Positions 41,939-55,534 of a stretch of DNA of 64,000 bases are shown here, piece by piece. The notes under the pieces were generated by a model that made no database searches, had not been told where the DNA came from, and worked only from the letters and a program-made list of their open reading frames with translations. A program made the translations under genes and the position numbers. Position 1 is the first letter of the stretch; every line of letters starts with the position of its first letter. Source of the DNA: Octopus sinensis (taxonomy: Eukaryota); NCBI RefSeq assembly GCF_006345805.1, contig NC_043004.1:13268001-13332000 (forward strand). Direction: 5' to 3'.

Positions 41939-42104
41939 GGACGCAGGAATGGCTGTGGTAAGTAGCTTGCTTGCCAAACACGGTTCAGTCCGGGTTCAGT
42001 CCTACTGTGTGGCAACTTGGGCTGGTATCTTCTACCATAGCCTCGGGCCGGCCAAAGCCTTGTGAGTGGATTTGGTAGACGGAAACTGAAAGAAACCCGT
42101 GGTA
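41939..42104 (+). mobile_element. SINE family 1, 5' half only
   Basis: ACGCAGGAATGGCTGTGGTAAGTAGCTTGC..GGATTTGGTAGACGGAAACTGAAAGAA. Confidence 0.85.
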
Positions 42105-42243
42105 CATAAACATGTGTTTTCTCTGAATAATATATAGTCTATTGACTAATTATTTCCTTCTCGCTAGACCACTGGTAACTAAGAATTATTTAGATAAATA
42201 TTCTTGCTACCCTAAGAATTTAAATTGTATATATATATGTATA

Positions 42244-42279
<36 letters not shown>

Positions 42280-43396
42280 TGTATGTATGTGACCCAGGAT
42301 ATAAGCTTAAACGTCTTCTTTTAATGGAACTGTAGTTCGGGAGCTCCAAGGTTCTGGGCAGCACCTGTTGTTCCCATGCCTACTTTGACCCGAAGCAGCA
42401 CCACCTGGGAGTTCCTCGTCTATGATTCAACTAGCATATGAGATGACAGCCCGTCAAAGGTCGGGGTTCAGAAATACCATTGATTTCCGTCACAGCAAGA
42501 AGTAAAACTACCTGGATTTCTACCTGTTGTCTTAGCGTAATTTTAAGAGAGGTACACTCTGATGTAAAATCCAGAGTCTCACGTCATTAGTGGTCATCTC
42601 GCTTCGGCCTTTCACTTGGTATTAATAACAGACACTCAGAGGTTGGTACTCGTTGTACAAAAATTTCCTTCTGTAATCCAGTGCCGTACCGATGTCTCTT
42701 TACTGTGATCACATTTGTAATTCCATACACTACGATTCATACCCTTATATATGTGTGCAAGAGTGTATGATTGTGTATGTGAAGAAAAATTGTTTTTTCA
42801 AGTAAATATGCATATCCTCTATCAAATATCTTCGTAGTATTGTGGTAGAGTGTAGACGAGGAATTTTTGATGTTATTCGATGAAGATGACTGAATGATTG
42901 TTGTCGGAGAACAGCCTTTCTATAATTTCTGTAACTGCGCACAGGAGGAAAAGGGGTTTATTGTTATTTTAATTGGATTTTTCTTTGGGCGTACAATTGG
43001 AGTCTCAAAAGGTACAGAAATTTTAATATAGAAAATCTAATATTCTATCGCATGACATATGATAGAATTCAAGGAACGTTCTATTAAAATAATTCCAATG
43101 GATCTTTAGAATGGTGTATAAGAGATATATGAAAATGGGTTGAATTGCTTTCCTACAATGCTTGGTTTTTACAAATATATATTCTAGATAACTCTCCTTA
43201 CATCTATACTTTAATAGATTTTGGACCAGCTAGACTCGCTTGCCAGTATGCGTATACACACACACATACACACACATACACATGTATATATATATATGTT
43301 ATATGTATATGTATATATACATATATATATACGCACACACACATGTATATATATGCACATTTATCTGTGTGTATATATATATATATACTTAAATAT

Positions 43397-43441
<45 letters not shown>

Positions 43442-43561
43442 TATATACAGACACATGCATATATATATATATCAATACATATATATACATATAGATGTAT
43501 ACGAATATATATGCATTTATATATTGAGTATATATGTAAATATATATACACACACACATAT

Positions 43562-43606
<45 letters not shown>

Positions 43607-44253
43607 GAGAGGTGTGAGGAATATAGAAAGAGAGAGAGAGAGAGTGTGTGTTTGGTTAGTATTAGTTAACATTAGTAGATAGTTCATTCCATTTTCTTAA
43701 TGATGTTTATCCGAATGCCAACTCCATTATCGCGTCTCTTATTAAAAATAGAGAAATATATTTTACCTTTAACATTTAAAGATTACTTTCTGTGTAATTT
43801 CTCAATTTTAATTAGTGTTTTATAATTTCAGTATTAAGTTATTTAAGCTTTAATTATAAACTTTAATTATAAATGTGAGACTCTAAATCACTAATTAATA
43901 CTCCAGTGCAGTCGTACGTTCATAAATTTTTACATAGAAATGAAACACGGGTGGAACCTCTACGTGGTCGATCAAACGGCTACAAATGGCAGCAAAATTC
44001 CTTCAACTCTACATACGCTACGGCACTATGAAAAGAGGGCACTTGACCGATTAGCAGCAACCCTTTAGTATTCAGATCACTCCGTCAAATGTAATGATTA
44101 TTTATCCATAAATAAGAAAAGAAAACACATTAGACTATTGTGAAAAAGACATGATAGCTAGGATTGAAACATATTTGGTTATTTATCTTTTCAATCAAAG
44201 CTCATCTGAATCGAAACAGCATAAGACGTAAACATTAATAAACATAGAAAATA

Positions 44254-44467
44254 GAGCGAAGAGGTGGCAGAACCGTTACCAGCCCAAGCAAAATGCTTAG
44301 TGGCATTTCCTCTCCCATCACGTTCTGCGTTCAAATTCCGTATGGGTCGACTTTGCCTTTCTTCCTTTCGGTGTCGTTAAAGTAAATACCATTTGAGTTG
44401 TGACATTGATGTAATCGATTTACCTCACCATAAATCCTGCTGCCTTGTGCCAAAATTTGATACCAAT
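44254..44467 (+). mobile_element. SINE family 2, degenerate
   Basis: GGCAGAACCGTTACC..CGTTCTGCGTTCAAATTCCG..GTCGACTTTGCCTTT. Confidence 0.8.
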
Positions 44468-45189
44468 ATATACAAAAATTGTTTTGAAAAGCTATTATTT
44501 ATATTTAAGGTATAAGCAATGATTTATTTACCATCCTCAAATTCTGGATATATTATTCTTTAAAAGTTTATAAAAGGAAATATCCGGAAAATAAATCTGA
44601 TAAACACAAATAAATACTGATTTACTCCTCGGAGCCTATCACGTATACAACACGTGTCTTCACACAAGCGACATTCTTTAATCTAATTTGACAGACGCGA
44701 GCTTTCTGAATGTTTATGATCATGGACTTTTGACTGTGTTTGAATTTGCAGCAGATTCTTTCTTATTTCCCTAAAAGATAAAAATAATTTTCACATTTTC
44801 TTAATTGACTTTGTCTGCAAAGGCATTATCGCTCATCAGTTTAACTTTACATTACATTTAGCGAACATTGTAGATATGGATCCTTATAATTTGCGATGGA
44901 ATATATTTTAAACTAATTTATCGTTCTCAAAACTACTTCACACTGGGCCTTTCTCTCTAATAGTTCCTACAGGACCCACTAGAACTCAGGGCACAAAACT
45001 AATTCAAAGATAACACAGATTTTAGCCACAGCAATGCAAATTAAACGTTATTTTCTTGAGCCCCAAATCAAATATTTTATTTTTAACTCATTAGTCCGGT
45101 TATCTAGTTTCCTTGGCGTGTAAGTCACTGAGATCGTAACATTCTTCCTGAACATAGCAGGATTCAAGACAATCAATTTTGAGAGGAGA

Positions 45190-45359
45190 AAACAAACTAG
45201 ACCCCAGTATTTAACTGCTTCTATATTAAATCGACCCTGAGGAGGTGCAAGGTAAATTTAACCTCGTCGGGATTTGAACTCAGAACGTAAAAAACCGGAA
45301 CAAATGCTGCCAATTTTTTTTTTCTGACTTGCTAACGACTTTGCTATTTCGCCGCCTTA
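45190..45359 (-). mobile_element. SINE family 2, degenerate
   Basis: GATTTGAACTCAGAACGTAA..GCTAACGACTTTGC..GCCGCCTTA. Confidence 0.75.
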
Positions 45360-45992
45360 AACTAAGCGTTAATTATCATAAATACAAAGAATTACTAGGA
45401 TCAAGAAAATATCATCTGATTGAGAAACAGATACCTATATTTCGTGGTTCAGTCAGGGAGAGGACCGTGTGAAACTTTCTTTTTAGATATTACTCATGAT
45501 CACAAATTGAAAATATTACCTCTTTTGGGTTAACACTAACCAACAATAAGCAATATTTGTTAACAAAACTATGATGAAAATTAAGACGGTCATATAAATA
45601 GTGCGAAGTACACCACCATTTTTCGTTTCTTTCAAACAGCTTTGTTTTCATCTCTACTATAGAATCAATGATAGAATACCACATAATGTAAGGTAAGAGG
45701 AATATGAAATGACATTTATGCATTCATACTCATATGTTCACCATTGCAATTCTAATATTAATACGTACAAAACTATTGGCTATCTTACCTTTCACACCGG
45801 CAAACGAAATGATGCGACTGTTGAAGATAGGCAGGCAATGTATTTCATGAATAAAACCGTATTACATTTTCTCTCTTGCACTCCCTTTTGCATACATATA
45901 CTCACACACATGCACACGAACACGCACATACACACACGTAAACTAAAACGTCTTGATTTCCTGAATCCCATTTAGAAATTGTATATTGCATG

Positions 45993-46069
<77 letters not shown>

Positions 46070-46102
46070 GTATAATATATATATATGTGTGTATGTGTGT
46101 AT

Positions 46103-46138
<36 letters not shown>

Positions 46139-46183
46139 CATATGTATGTATGTATTGTCACCGATGTCTCTCTCTCTCTCTCT

Positions 46184-46237
<54 letters not shown>

Positions 46238-47039
46238 TAGAGAGAGAGAGAGAGGGTGAAGGGAGAGAGAAAGGCGTGATTTGTCATCCTGTGTTGTTTT
46301 TATGAGGTATATGAACTGAATATTTATTACGTTAGTCATTTTGCCTTATATATCTTTCTACTTTGAAGAGTATATCCTGAGTCTAACTTTCATGTGTTGT
46401 TTGAAGTAGTAAAATATAAAAACAAAATAGAAGCCAAATCCATTGATACTATCCTAAAGAGCATTTCCGTTTCCGGCTGAAACTTTCTGTAAGAGTAACA
46501 ATAGCAGAAACAATGAAGAAAGCGGCATTTATTAGAGCCCATAAAATTGACAAAGTTATATTTTGATACATTCATTTATATTTTGTATTTCTCTTCGTAT
46601 GTAATGTGCGTATGCCTGTAGGCACACAAGCACTCACACACACATACACACACACACGCACACACATCACAAGTATACACATACATATACCCAACAGAAA
46701 CACTTGCACGTACTCAGTAGATATGCACATGCATAGATTTGTGTATATGTGAGTATATATATATGTACACACACACACACATATATGCATACGTATATAT
46801 ATTATACATGCATATATATACATATATATATATATACATATACATATATATATATACATGCATACATACATATGTATATATATATATGTAAATACTTTTA
46901 TAATTTTACTCCTTTCAGCCATTTCACAGTCATACTGGAGTACCATCGTGGTTTTTCACTCTTAAACGTCATTGTTCTTTGGCTGACATCTTCAGGGTGG
47001 TGGGGTTTCGTATCACCTCTCATGTATGTGTTTTTCCTG

Positions 47040-47690
47040 TAGTTGTTGTCCCATCTAGTGTATAATGGCGTTTGAAGCTGTTGCCCTCAATTATACCTCA
47101 TACCGTACCGATAGCTCCTGCGGTATTTTTGAAGACATCTACGTCAACATTGTGTGGGTTTCTTAATTTTTCGACAGGGGGCTGAATATCTGTGGACCTT
47201 TGAGCCCTAAGCAACTGCAGTACCTGGTTCCGAATCTAGATAGATCAACGGTACATTTTAGTATAACACAATGGCGCCCACTTTGAGCATTGTTATAGCA
47301 ATGTAGAAATTAGGTACTAACCCTTTCAGAATCTTCTATATGGGGATTAATACATACCTCGTGCGCCTTCACTCCAGTGAATAAGGTCGAGATTTTTTCA
47401 ACCGCTCCCTGTAGTCCATCTACAGCACAGTTACAATATTTTTATTGTAGTGGTGTTGGGCTGCTTCACGTCCTGCTGTTTGTATGGCAGATGTATTGAC
47501 CACAGCTGAAAACTGTAGTCCAGGTGGCCGAGAACAAAGGACCCTCACAAGGTCAGAATGACTTCTTGGCCTCGTGTCTTCAAGGATCTTCGTATCCATC
47601 CTGCCAGTTATATGTAGTGTGTTGCCATTTTGGTAATGTGCAAATGAAATAGATTGATAGTCAGATAAGCATAGGCTTAAACATATAAAT
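47040..47690 (-). mobile_element. CR1-clade LINE fragment, older copy of the 26843-27501 family
   Basis: EAAQHHYNKNI..MDYRERLKK..YSLE*RRTRY..KILKGLVPN..SGRHC..RYCSCLGLKGPQIF. Confidence 0.8.
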
Positions 47691-47790
47691 CTATACACAA
47701 ACATTTACACACACACATATACACACCACAACATATATATGTATATAAATATATACATATATATATACATACATATCTATATATATATGC

Positions 47791-47855
<65 letters not shown>

Positions 47856-47872
47856 CATATGTGTATATATAT

Positions 47873-47903
<31 letters not shown>

Positions 47904-48231
47904 CACAAATATTAAATGAAATTGAGAAATGCGATTGGCAAACTAAAGTTTATTTACATTATAATATAATGTACTATAAAAAGTATAATATAATATAACA
48001 TAAATTGGAGGTTTACATCTCTTTGAAGGAACTGCGTTTTCCTTCGTTTGATTTTATATATATATTAGGGAATAAATCCAAATTTACAGGGAAAAAATCA
48101 GATTTAGGATTAAATCCAATTTTATAGTAAAATATTATAAAATATTATTAGAGACAAAACCACTATTTTGCAAAACAAACAAGGAAAGACTTAATCAATA
48201 CATAAAATTTTAATAAATAGTCAAAAAAACC

Positions 48232-48274
48232 GCACTACAATTGTTTCTTGTCTTGATCGACAATCTTCAGGTGG
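48232..48274 (-). ncRNA. Minimal type I hammerhead ribozyme motif (left arm)
   Basis: Minus strand CCAC-CTGAAGA-TTGTC(gatcaa)GACAA-GAAA-CAATTG-TA-GTGC; stem I is 3 bp, one base shorter than in the right copy. Confidence 0.72.
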
Positions 48275-51077
48275 ACTTCCAATCTAAAATATCAATATTT
48301 TAAAAATATAAAAATAATAATTTTAAAATAATTAAAGTATGAATGAAAAAATATAAATATATAATCCATATATAACCTATATATAATCCCTATATAATCA
48401 ATATATAAACAATATATAACTAAAATAAACCTATCAACAATTAAATATAAAATATAAAATATAAAATATAAAATATAAAACAAAACCAAAAATAATAATA
48501 ATATAATAATAAACTATTATACACCCATACACATATACCTAATTATATATAACCATATCTAACTACATACACTAAATCACACACCTATATATATATCCCT
48601 ATACATACACATAAAAACGTCTAGGCAACTATAAATAAATAAAATAGCTAAATACTTCAACACAATACTTATTCATACTCCCACACACACACACATACAA
48701 CCCACATTCACGCTCTAGAAAACGGACATCACTTAAATTATGAACGGAGAAATGGAATAAATGGAATTAAAAATTATATTCACTTGGTAAAACGAACACT
48801 ACTTAAAATTATGAATGAAACAATGCAATAAAACAACAGACATCGCAAATAGACACAAATTACTACGAATTCCTTAACAAACCTACCATGATAAACCAAA
48901 ACTCATAAAACATATAATGATAAAATCTCCCTTTACTAAACTCTATAACATACCTATATTGCAATCCCCCTAACCTAAACATTCACACACAAATACACAC
49001 ACGTAAACCACACACCCACGACATATTAAAGAATCCATTCATAATAAATTTTTTTTAAGTAGTGTTGGTTTGCCACGTGGATATAGTTTTTAGTTCCATT
49101 TATTCTATTTCTCCATTCATAATTTTAAATGACGTTTACTTTCCATGGCGCGTATTCTTTTTTTACATAAGTTATATTTCTATGGTAACGTAATTTTGGT
49201 TTGATTTTTTTAACGGCTAAGAATTTAATTTCACTTCATAATTTGAAACTGACTTGTAAGTATGTATTTTATTTCTCCTTATGTCATATTGTTTTTTTGA
49301 TATTCTGGTTAATTACGATGTATTTAATGTTGTTTTTTATTGGAGTGTTTATGTATATGATTGTGTGTGAGTTTTTAGTTGTATAATTTATTTATCTGTA
49401 TGAGTGTGGGTGTGTAAATATTGTTGTATATATCGAGTTTAGTGAGTATGTATATGCGTATATGTGAGGGAGTATATGTATCTGTTGTGTGTGTGTTTTT
49501 TGCGTGTGTGTGTGTTTGTGTGTGAATGTGTATATGGGTTTGTTATTTAGGTTTGGGATATGTGTTAATTTGTCTGTGTGGGTAGAGAGTGGGTTTTTGG
49601 TGTATATTGAGGTTTATAAGTTAGTATAGGTATGTGTATAAGTCGTGGGTCTGTGGTTTACGTGTGTGTTTTTTGTGTGTGAATGTTTAGGTTAGGGGGA
49701 TTGCTATATAGGTTTGTTATAGAGTTTAGCAAAGGGAGATTTTATCGTTATATATTTTTAAGAGTTTTGGTTTATCATGGTTTTTTTAGGGAATTCGTGG
49801 TAATTTGTCTATTTTCGATGCTTGTTGTTTTATTACATTGTTTCATTCATAATTTTTGAGTGGTGTTCGTTTTTCCACGTGAATATTATTTTTAATTCCA
49901 TTTATTCCATTTCTCCATTCATTATTTTAAAAGATGTTCGTTTCCAGAGCGGTTATACTTTTTATACATATGTTAAGTTCCTTGATAAAGTAATTTTGTT
50001 TGGTGTATATGTTGAGCGTATATGTACTTGTGGGTGTGTGTGAGTGGGGTGGGTGTTTGTATTTGTTATGGGTGTGTGGTTTACGTGTGTGTATTTGTGT
50101 GTGAATGTATAGGTTAAAGGGATTGCTATATAAGTATGTTATAGTGTTTAGTAAAGGGAGTTTTATCATTTATGTTTTGTGAGTTTTAGCTTATCATGGT
50201 AGTTTTATAAAAGAATCCATTCATAATTTTTGTGTTTATTTGTCTGTGTGGGGTTGAGTGGGTTTTGGAGTATATGTTGAGGTTTATATGTATGTATAGG
50301 TATGTGTAAGTGGTGTGGGGTATTTGTATATGTCGTGGGTGTGTGGTTTACGTGTGTATTTGTGTGTGAATGTTTAGGTTAGGGGGATTGCAATATAGGT
50401 ATGTTATAGAATTTAGTAAAGGATATTTTATCATATATGTTTTTATGAGTTTTGGTTTATCATGGTAGGTTTGTTAAGGAATTCGTAGTAATTTGTGTCT
50501 ATTTGCGATGTCTGTTGTTTTATTGCATTGTTTCATTCAATTTTTAAGTAGTGTTCGTTTTACCAAGTGAATATAATTTTTAATTCCATTTATTCCATTT
50601 CTCCGTTCATAATTTTAAGTGATGTCCGTTTTCTAGAGCGTGAATGTGGGTTGTATGTGTGTGTGTGTGGGAGTATGAATAAGTATTGTGTTGAAGTATT
50701 AGCTATTTTATTTATTTATAGTTGCCTAGACGTTTTTATGTGTATGTATAGGGATATATATATAGGTTGGTGATTTAGTGTATGTAGTTAGATATGGTTA
50801 TATATAATTAGGGTTATGTGTATGGGTGTATATATAGTTTATTATTATATTATTATTTGTTTTTTTTGTTTTGTTTTATATTTTATATTTTATATTTTAT
50901 ATTTTATATTTAATTGTTTATAGTGATTTATTTTTTTTATATATTGTTTATATATTGATTATATATGGATTATATATAGGTATATATGGATTATATATTT
51001 ATTTTTTTCATTCATACTTTAATTATTTTAAAATTATTATTTTTATATTTTAAAATATTGATATTTAGATTGGAAGT

Positions 51078-51120
51078 CCACCTGAAGATTGTCGATCAAG
51101 ACAAGAAACAATTGTAGTGG
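51078..51120 (+). ncRNA. Minimal type I hammerhead ribozyme motif (right arm)
   Basis: CCAC-CTGAAGA-TTGTC(gatcaa)GACAA-GAAA-CAATTG-TA-GTGG: 4-bp stem I, 5-bp stem II, palindromic ACAATTGT stem III, GUA cleavage triplet after 51116. Confidence 0.82.
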
Positions 51121-51389
51121 CGGTTTTTTTGACTATTATTAAAATTTTATGTATTGATTAAGTCTTTTCCTTGTTTGTTTTGCAAAATAGTGGTTTTGTC
51201 TCTAATAATATTTTATATATATATATACGTACATATACATATATAAAGATATATATAAATACATGTATGTATATATATATCTATATATGTATCTATGTAT
51301 ATATATATATATACAGACTTTGTTTTCCCTATATTTTCAACTATCTCTCTCTCTCTCTCTTTCTCTCTGTCTGTTTCTCTCTCTCTATA

Positions 51390-51434
51390 TATATATATAG
51401 ATAGGTAAATAGATAGATAGATAAGTAGATAGAT

Positions 51435-51486
<52 letters not shown>

Positions 51487-51487
51487 T

Positions 51488-51583
<96 letters not shown>

Positions 51584-51585
51584 CA
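51390..51585. repeat. (GATA)n microsatellite
   Basis: Directly visible. Confidence 0.97.
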
Positions 51586-51689
51586 GGGTGCAACAGAAAT
51601 ACCTCTTACATTTGATATGTTGACGAAAGGAAAAAGAAAGAACATTTATGAAAAATTAATTTTGCTGTTGTTTAAACAAAGGGTCACAT

Positions 51690-52060
51690 CGCTCACTGGA
51701 GGTGTCTTGTTCTTGAAACGAATTCGCTGACCTGAGCGCACGAGGCTAATGAAATCTCTAGTAGGTACTTTCAACGGTTTCTTTCACTGTTGTTAAGATC
51801 AATTTGGTTCTTTATAGCATTGAAGATAACCTTAAGGACCAGGTTGTGTCTCCATGTATACCTGTTCAATTCTAATGAACAGTTGGAAAGAATATGTTTC
51901 AGTGTTCCGACCTTTCAACATTTGCATATGTCATTCTCTGAGACGTTCCATCTTACTAGAATTGTAGCGGATAGCAAAACATCATAGCTAAATGAGAACA
52001 GTAGAAGTCTCCATGAGTTCTCACTTGCTACTGATGGTCATCCTGTGATAGCATCAAGGA
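51690..52060 (-). mobile_element. Hero/NeSL-like (R2 superfamily) LINE fragment
   Basis: SYDVLLSATILVRW..ICKC*KVGTLKHILSNCSLELNRYTWRHNLVLKVI matches the CCHC/RHN region upstream of the RLE in Hero-type elements. Confidence 0.7.
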
Positions 52061-53251
52061 ATTTACTGATACCTAAATATATTTTTCATATTCAGAATTC
52101 CAATTCATAAATCTATATTTTTTAAAGTTTTAACAGGAATGATTTCATAAGTAGGAGGAAGACCATTTGAAATAGTAGACAGGACAATGCTCCAAAGCTT
52201 ATTTTAACATTGTCTTATCATTAATCACAATTAGAAATGGTTATCCAAGTAATCTTTTTTATTTACAAACGTCACGCATCTTTCTACTATATAATATTCT
52301 AACATTATAAGATAGACAAACGAGACCTGATTCCATATTACACTTATATATGTTTTTTTAAGTAAACAATAATAAATTAGTGTATTCGTAAGAAAAATTG
52401 AAGAACGCATAGACACATTGATAAAAATTAAGGACGTCACTTCATTTGCTTACGAACAAAATGTTCTCAATGCGTAATATAAGCATTGGCTCCTTCACGT
52501 TCTTCGCCTCCTGAGAACCTGTTAAGATACGGCAGACATTACTTTATATAATTTATATAAGCATGCACACATATTTTGTACGCGTGCACATGTGTGCATT
52601 AGTTAAAGCGTTTGTGCGTAGTTATTACATAAGAGGTAAATGAGGAAAAAGAGGAAGAGAGAGATGGGGTTAAGAGTAAGAGAAAGAGAAAAAAATTCAA
52701 GATCGTCCAAATCGCACCTCCATATCTCAAATTCAAATATCATTTCTGTTTATCACAAAAAATAGTATATTCTATATATTTTCTTTGCCCTCAGCTTGCA
52801 AACATCCACTTTACAAGCCGGTTGAATAACAATCTTTTTGAGCGTACAATTTGGATATCGTCTTTGATATAACCGAACGTGATGCACCACATATTTTTTT
52901 ACGTGAATGTCTTCCTCTATAAATGGCATTGTTGTAGCACAGCAGTTTGAGTTGTACCGCTATGGATTTTGAATTTTAGTAGAGGATTGCTTTTGACGTA
53001 TTTTTATATTCTTTCCATCTGTCAGCGAGTATCCATTATGACAAATGCATCCACCACACACGTACTGTTGGTTGGTCGTATCTTCATATTTTGGTTACCA
53101 CCTACGAAAAAATGCCCGCTAAAATAGGTTTTGAATGAGGAACCCATTGTTACAGCATCTACGTGTGCATATATATATATATATATCTGTGTGTGTGTGT
53201 TCGTGTCTGTTTGTGCACCTATACATATGTGGTGTGTATGTATGTATGTAT

Positions 53252-53310
<59 letters not shown>

Positions 53311-53879
53311 GATTTTTATTTATTTATTTATTTATTACATCGGAAGTGGTGTTCTAGAAGAAAAGAAAAGGAAAAGAAGATGCAAGTGGATGCAAAATGC
53401 AGAATATAAACCACCGTTTTTCAAACTGCACGTCCTGACCCTTCAGTGGGTTGAGAGATAACTAAAATGGGTCATTAACAAAATGTTTTTAAAACGCTAT
53501 TCTAGACAATAACAAATTCTCCAATACTATGGGTGACTTTAATCCCTATGTATTTGTATATATTACGCAATATATATTCTATTGTTTATACCTCTGGGAC
53601 GTTGGTACACAAATATTAAACCTAAAGTGGTATTCCAAATTTGATTAGCTTCTTCTAAGATTTGAATAAGCGTCTTGAGCGGACATATTATTTTCTTTCT
53701 GTGATGTCTATTGTTGCATTATTGAAACTACCTGCGGCGTGATTTTGCGAATTGAGATATTATGGATCAAGCGCTCGCTTTCTATGTATAATTCAAGTGT
53801 TCTGAACAAATATATGCATACATATATATGTGTATGTATATATGCATATGATTGATCGTTAGCCACTACACACATTTTC

Positions 53880-54040
53880 TCTCCTTGTTTCTCTCCTTGT
53901 TTTTTTCTGTGTCCCTTTCTGTAGAAGAGCGTAGGCTCGAAACGTAAAACACTTTTTCTAGTCCTGAGCATTATACTAATACATCTGTTTGTTTTGTATA
54001 CCACCTGTCTTCGTCTTTTGTTTTTTTCGTAAACTCTCCC
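53880..54040 (+). mobile_element. Solo PLE-type tail, same family as 31681-31925
   Basis: GAAGAGCGTAGGCTCGAAACGTAAAAC..ACTAATACA..CCTGT..CGTCTTTT shared; ends in (TA)n. Confidence 0.6.
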
Positions 54041-54778
54041 TATATATATATATACACACACAGACACACAAACAAACACAGGCATACACTCAGACACACA
54101 TATGTACATATATAGTTATGTATATATATTATATATGTATTTACATATATACATAGTCTTTATTCTTTAATTCCTCTGCAACTTGTTTGCGAAAGAGTAC
54201 ATTTGCTTGCAGTTATTGCAGAATTTTTGGATTCATTTTAAAGAATTTAATCGTGGTGTTCTGAAATTAGTATTTTTCTGTCAGATGCTAATTTTATCGA
54301 TATAATCCTTTTTATCCATATGCAGAAACATCTGCCTCCCTTGGACGTCGTATTTCACAATCTTGTTGTTAAGTATACTTACCAACATTTTGAAATACAA
54401 TGTCCATGTGCCTAGAGTAGGAAAGAATCTTGACGTTAAGCATCACGTCAGGCAGAGCTACTTTGAGTTTCATGTTAAATAATGTTATGTATTGTATTTG
54501 GGCATTATATTTATCCTTGTTTGTTTATTTATTTATTTATTCATTTTCTTTTTTCTTCTTCTTAGCTCTTCAGTTTCAAGAGACAAGAGATGAAGCTAAG
54601 AGCCTTAGAGTGTATTAAACATTTTAATATCGCGAAATAATTGTAAATCTAAACAAAGTGCTAAATTGCCTTATTCCTAGCGGGATCTGTACCAATAAAA
54701 AGTACAATCGTTATATTCATTAAAACACACGCACACACATACATTCTCTCTCTCTCACACACACACACATACATATAT

Positions 54779-55150
54779 AGACGCAGGAGTGGCTGTGTGG
54801 TAAGTAGATTGCCTACTAACCACATGGTTCCGGGTTCAGTCCCATTGCGTGGCACCTTGGTCAAGTGTCTTCTATAGCATCGGACCGACCAAAGCCTTGT
54901 GAGTGGATTTGGTAGACGGAAACTGAAAGAAGCCCGACGTATATGTGTATATATGTATGTGTTTGTCCCCTCAACATCGCTTGACAACAGATGCTGGTGT
55001 GTTTACGTCCCCTTAACCTAGCGGTTCGGGAACACGGACCGATAGAATAAGTACTAGGCTTACAAAGAATAAGTCGTGGGGTCGATTTGAAAGGCGGTGC
55101 TCCAGAATGGCCACAGTCAAATGATTGAAACAAGTAAAAGAGTAAAAAAG
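54779..55150 (+). mobile_element. SINE family 1, full length
   Basis: ACGCAGGAGTGGCTGTGTGGTAAG head through the GAAACAAGTAAAAGA tail. Confidence 0.9.
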
Positions 55151-55330
55151 AATATATATAGCTTCAGTGTGCTACATGCATTCACACACACACACGCACA
55201 CACACCATATATATATGATGATGGGTAATAATGGACAACGTATGAATGTTAAGCTTTAGCCGAACCACTGCACAAATGGTTTTTCTATGGTGATAAATGT
55301 GGTGCACTTTAGCTCGTTGCCCCCATCGCA

Positions 55331-55485
55331 TCGACGTTGCCTGAACAGGTGCACGGTTTACTACGCGTCAGGGTTGCAAGTCTTCGCAGAGCAGAGTGAG
55401 ATGAAGTGCTTTGTTCAGAAAGAAAACGCACCACCCAGTCTAAGAACTGAAACCACGATATCGCGTACGTGCTGGCCACTAGGCC
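55331..55485 (-). mobile_element. SINE family 3, degenerate
   Basis: GAGATGAAGTGCTTTGTTCAG..CCACCCAGTC..AAACCACGAT..CCACTAGGCC, homologous to 15544-15717. Confidence 0.65.
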
Positions 55486-55534
55486 TTGTATGTATGTATG
55501 TTTGTATGTATGTACGTATATATATATATATTAT

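Larger units (their letters stand above)
48053..51205. mobile_element. ~3.1-kb foldback element: ~890-bp inverted arms, internal patchwork of partial copies, HHR near each end
   Basis: ~48135-49027 is the reverse complement of ~50329-51205 at high identity. Both ends terminate at TA runs; no coding capacity. Confidence 0.85.

Noticed and set aside
46935-47000. Minus-strand CTGAAGA-TGTCA..TGACG..GAAA as a hammerhead
   Set aside because: Nine extra bases separate stem II from GAAA, and stem III/I registers fail. It may be a decayed PLE tail but is unsupported.
48053-51205. Mitochondrial insertion (NUMT) as the explanation for the skewed foldback
   Set aside because: No mitochondrial gene, rRNA or tRNA motif recognised, and the terminal HHRs point to a PLE-type origin. 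Not formally excluded without BLAST.
52980-53090. Minus-strand peptide CICHNGYSLTDGKN resembling an EGF repeat
   Set aside because: The preceding Cys pattern and the following Cys are missing, there is an in-frame stop upstream, and no donor follows.
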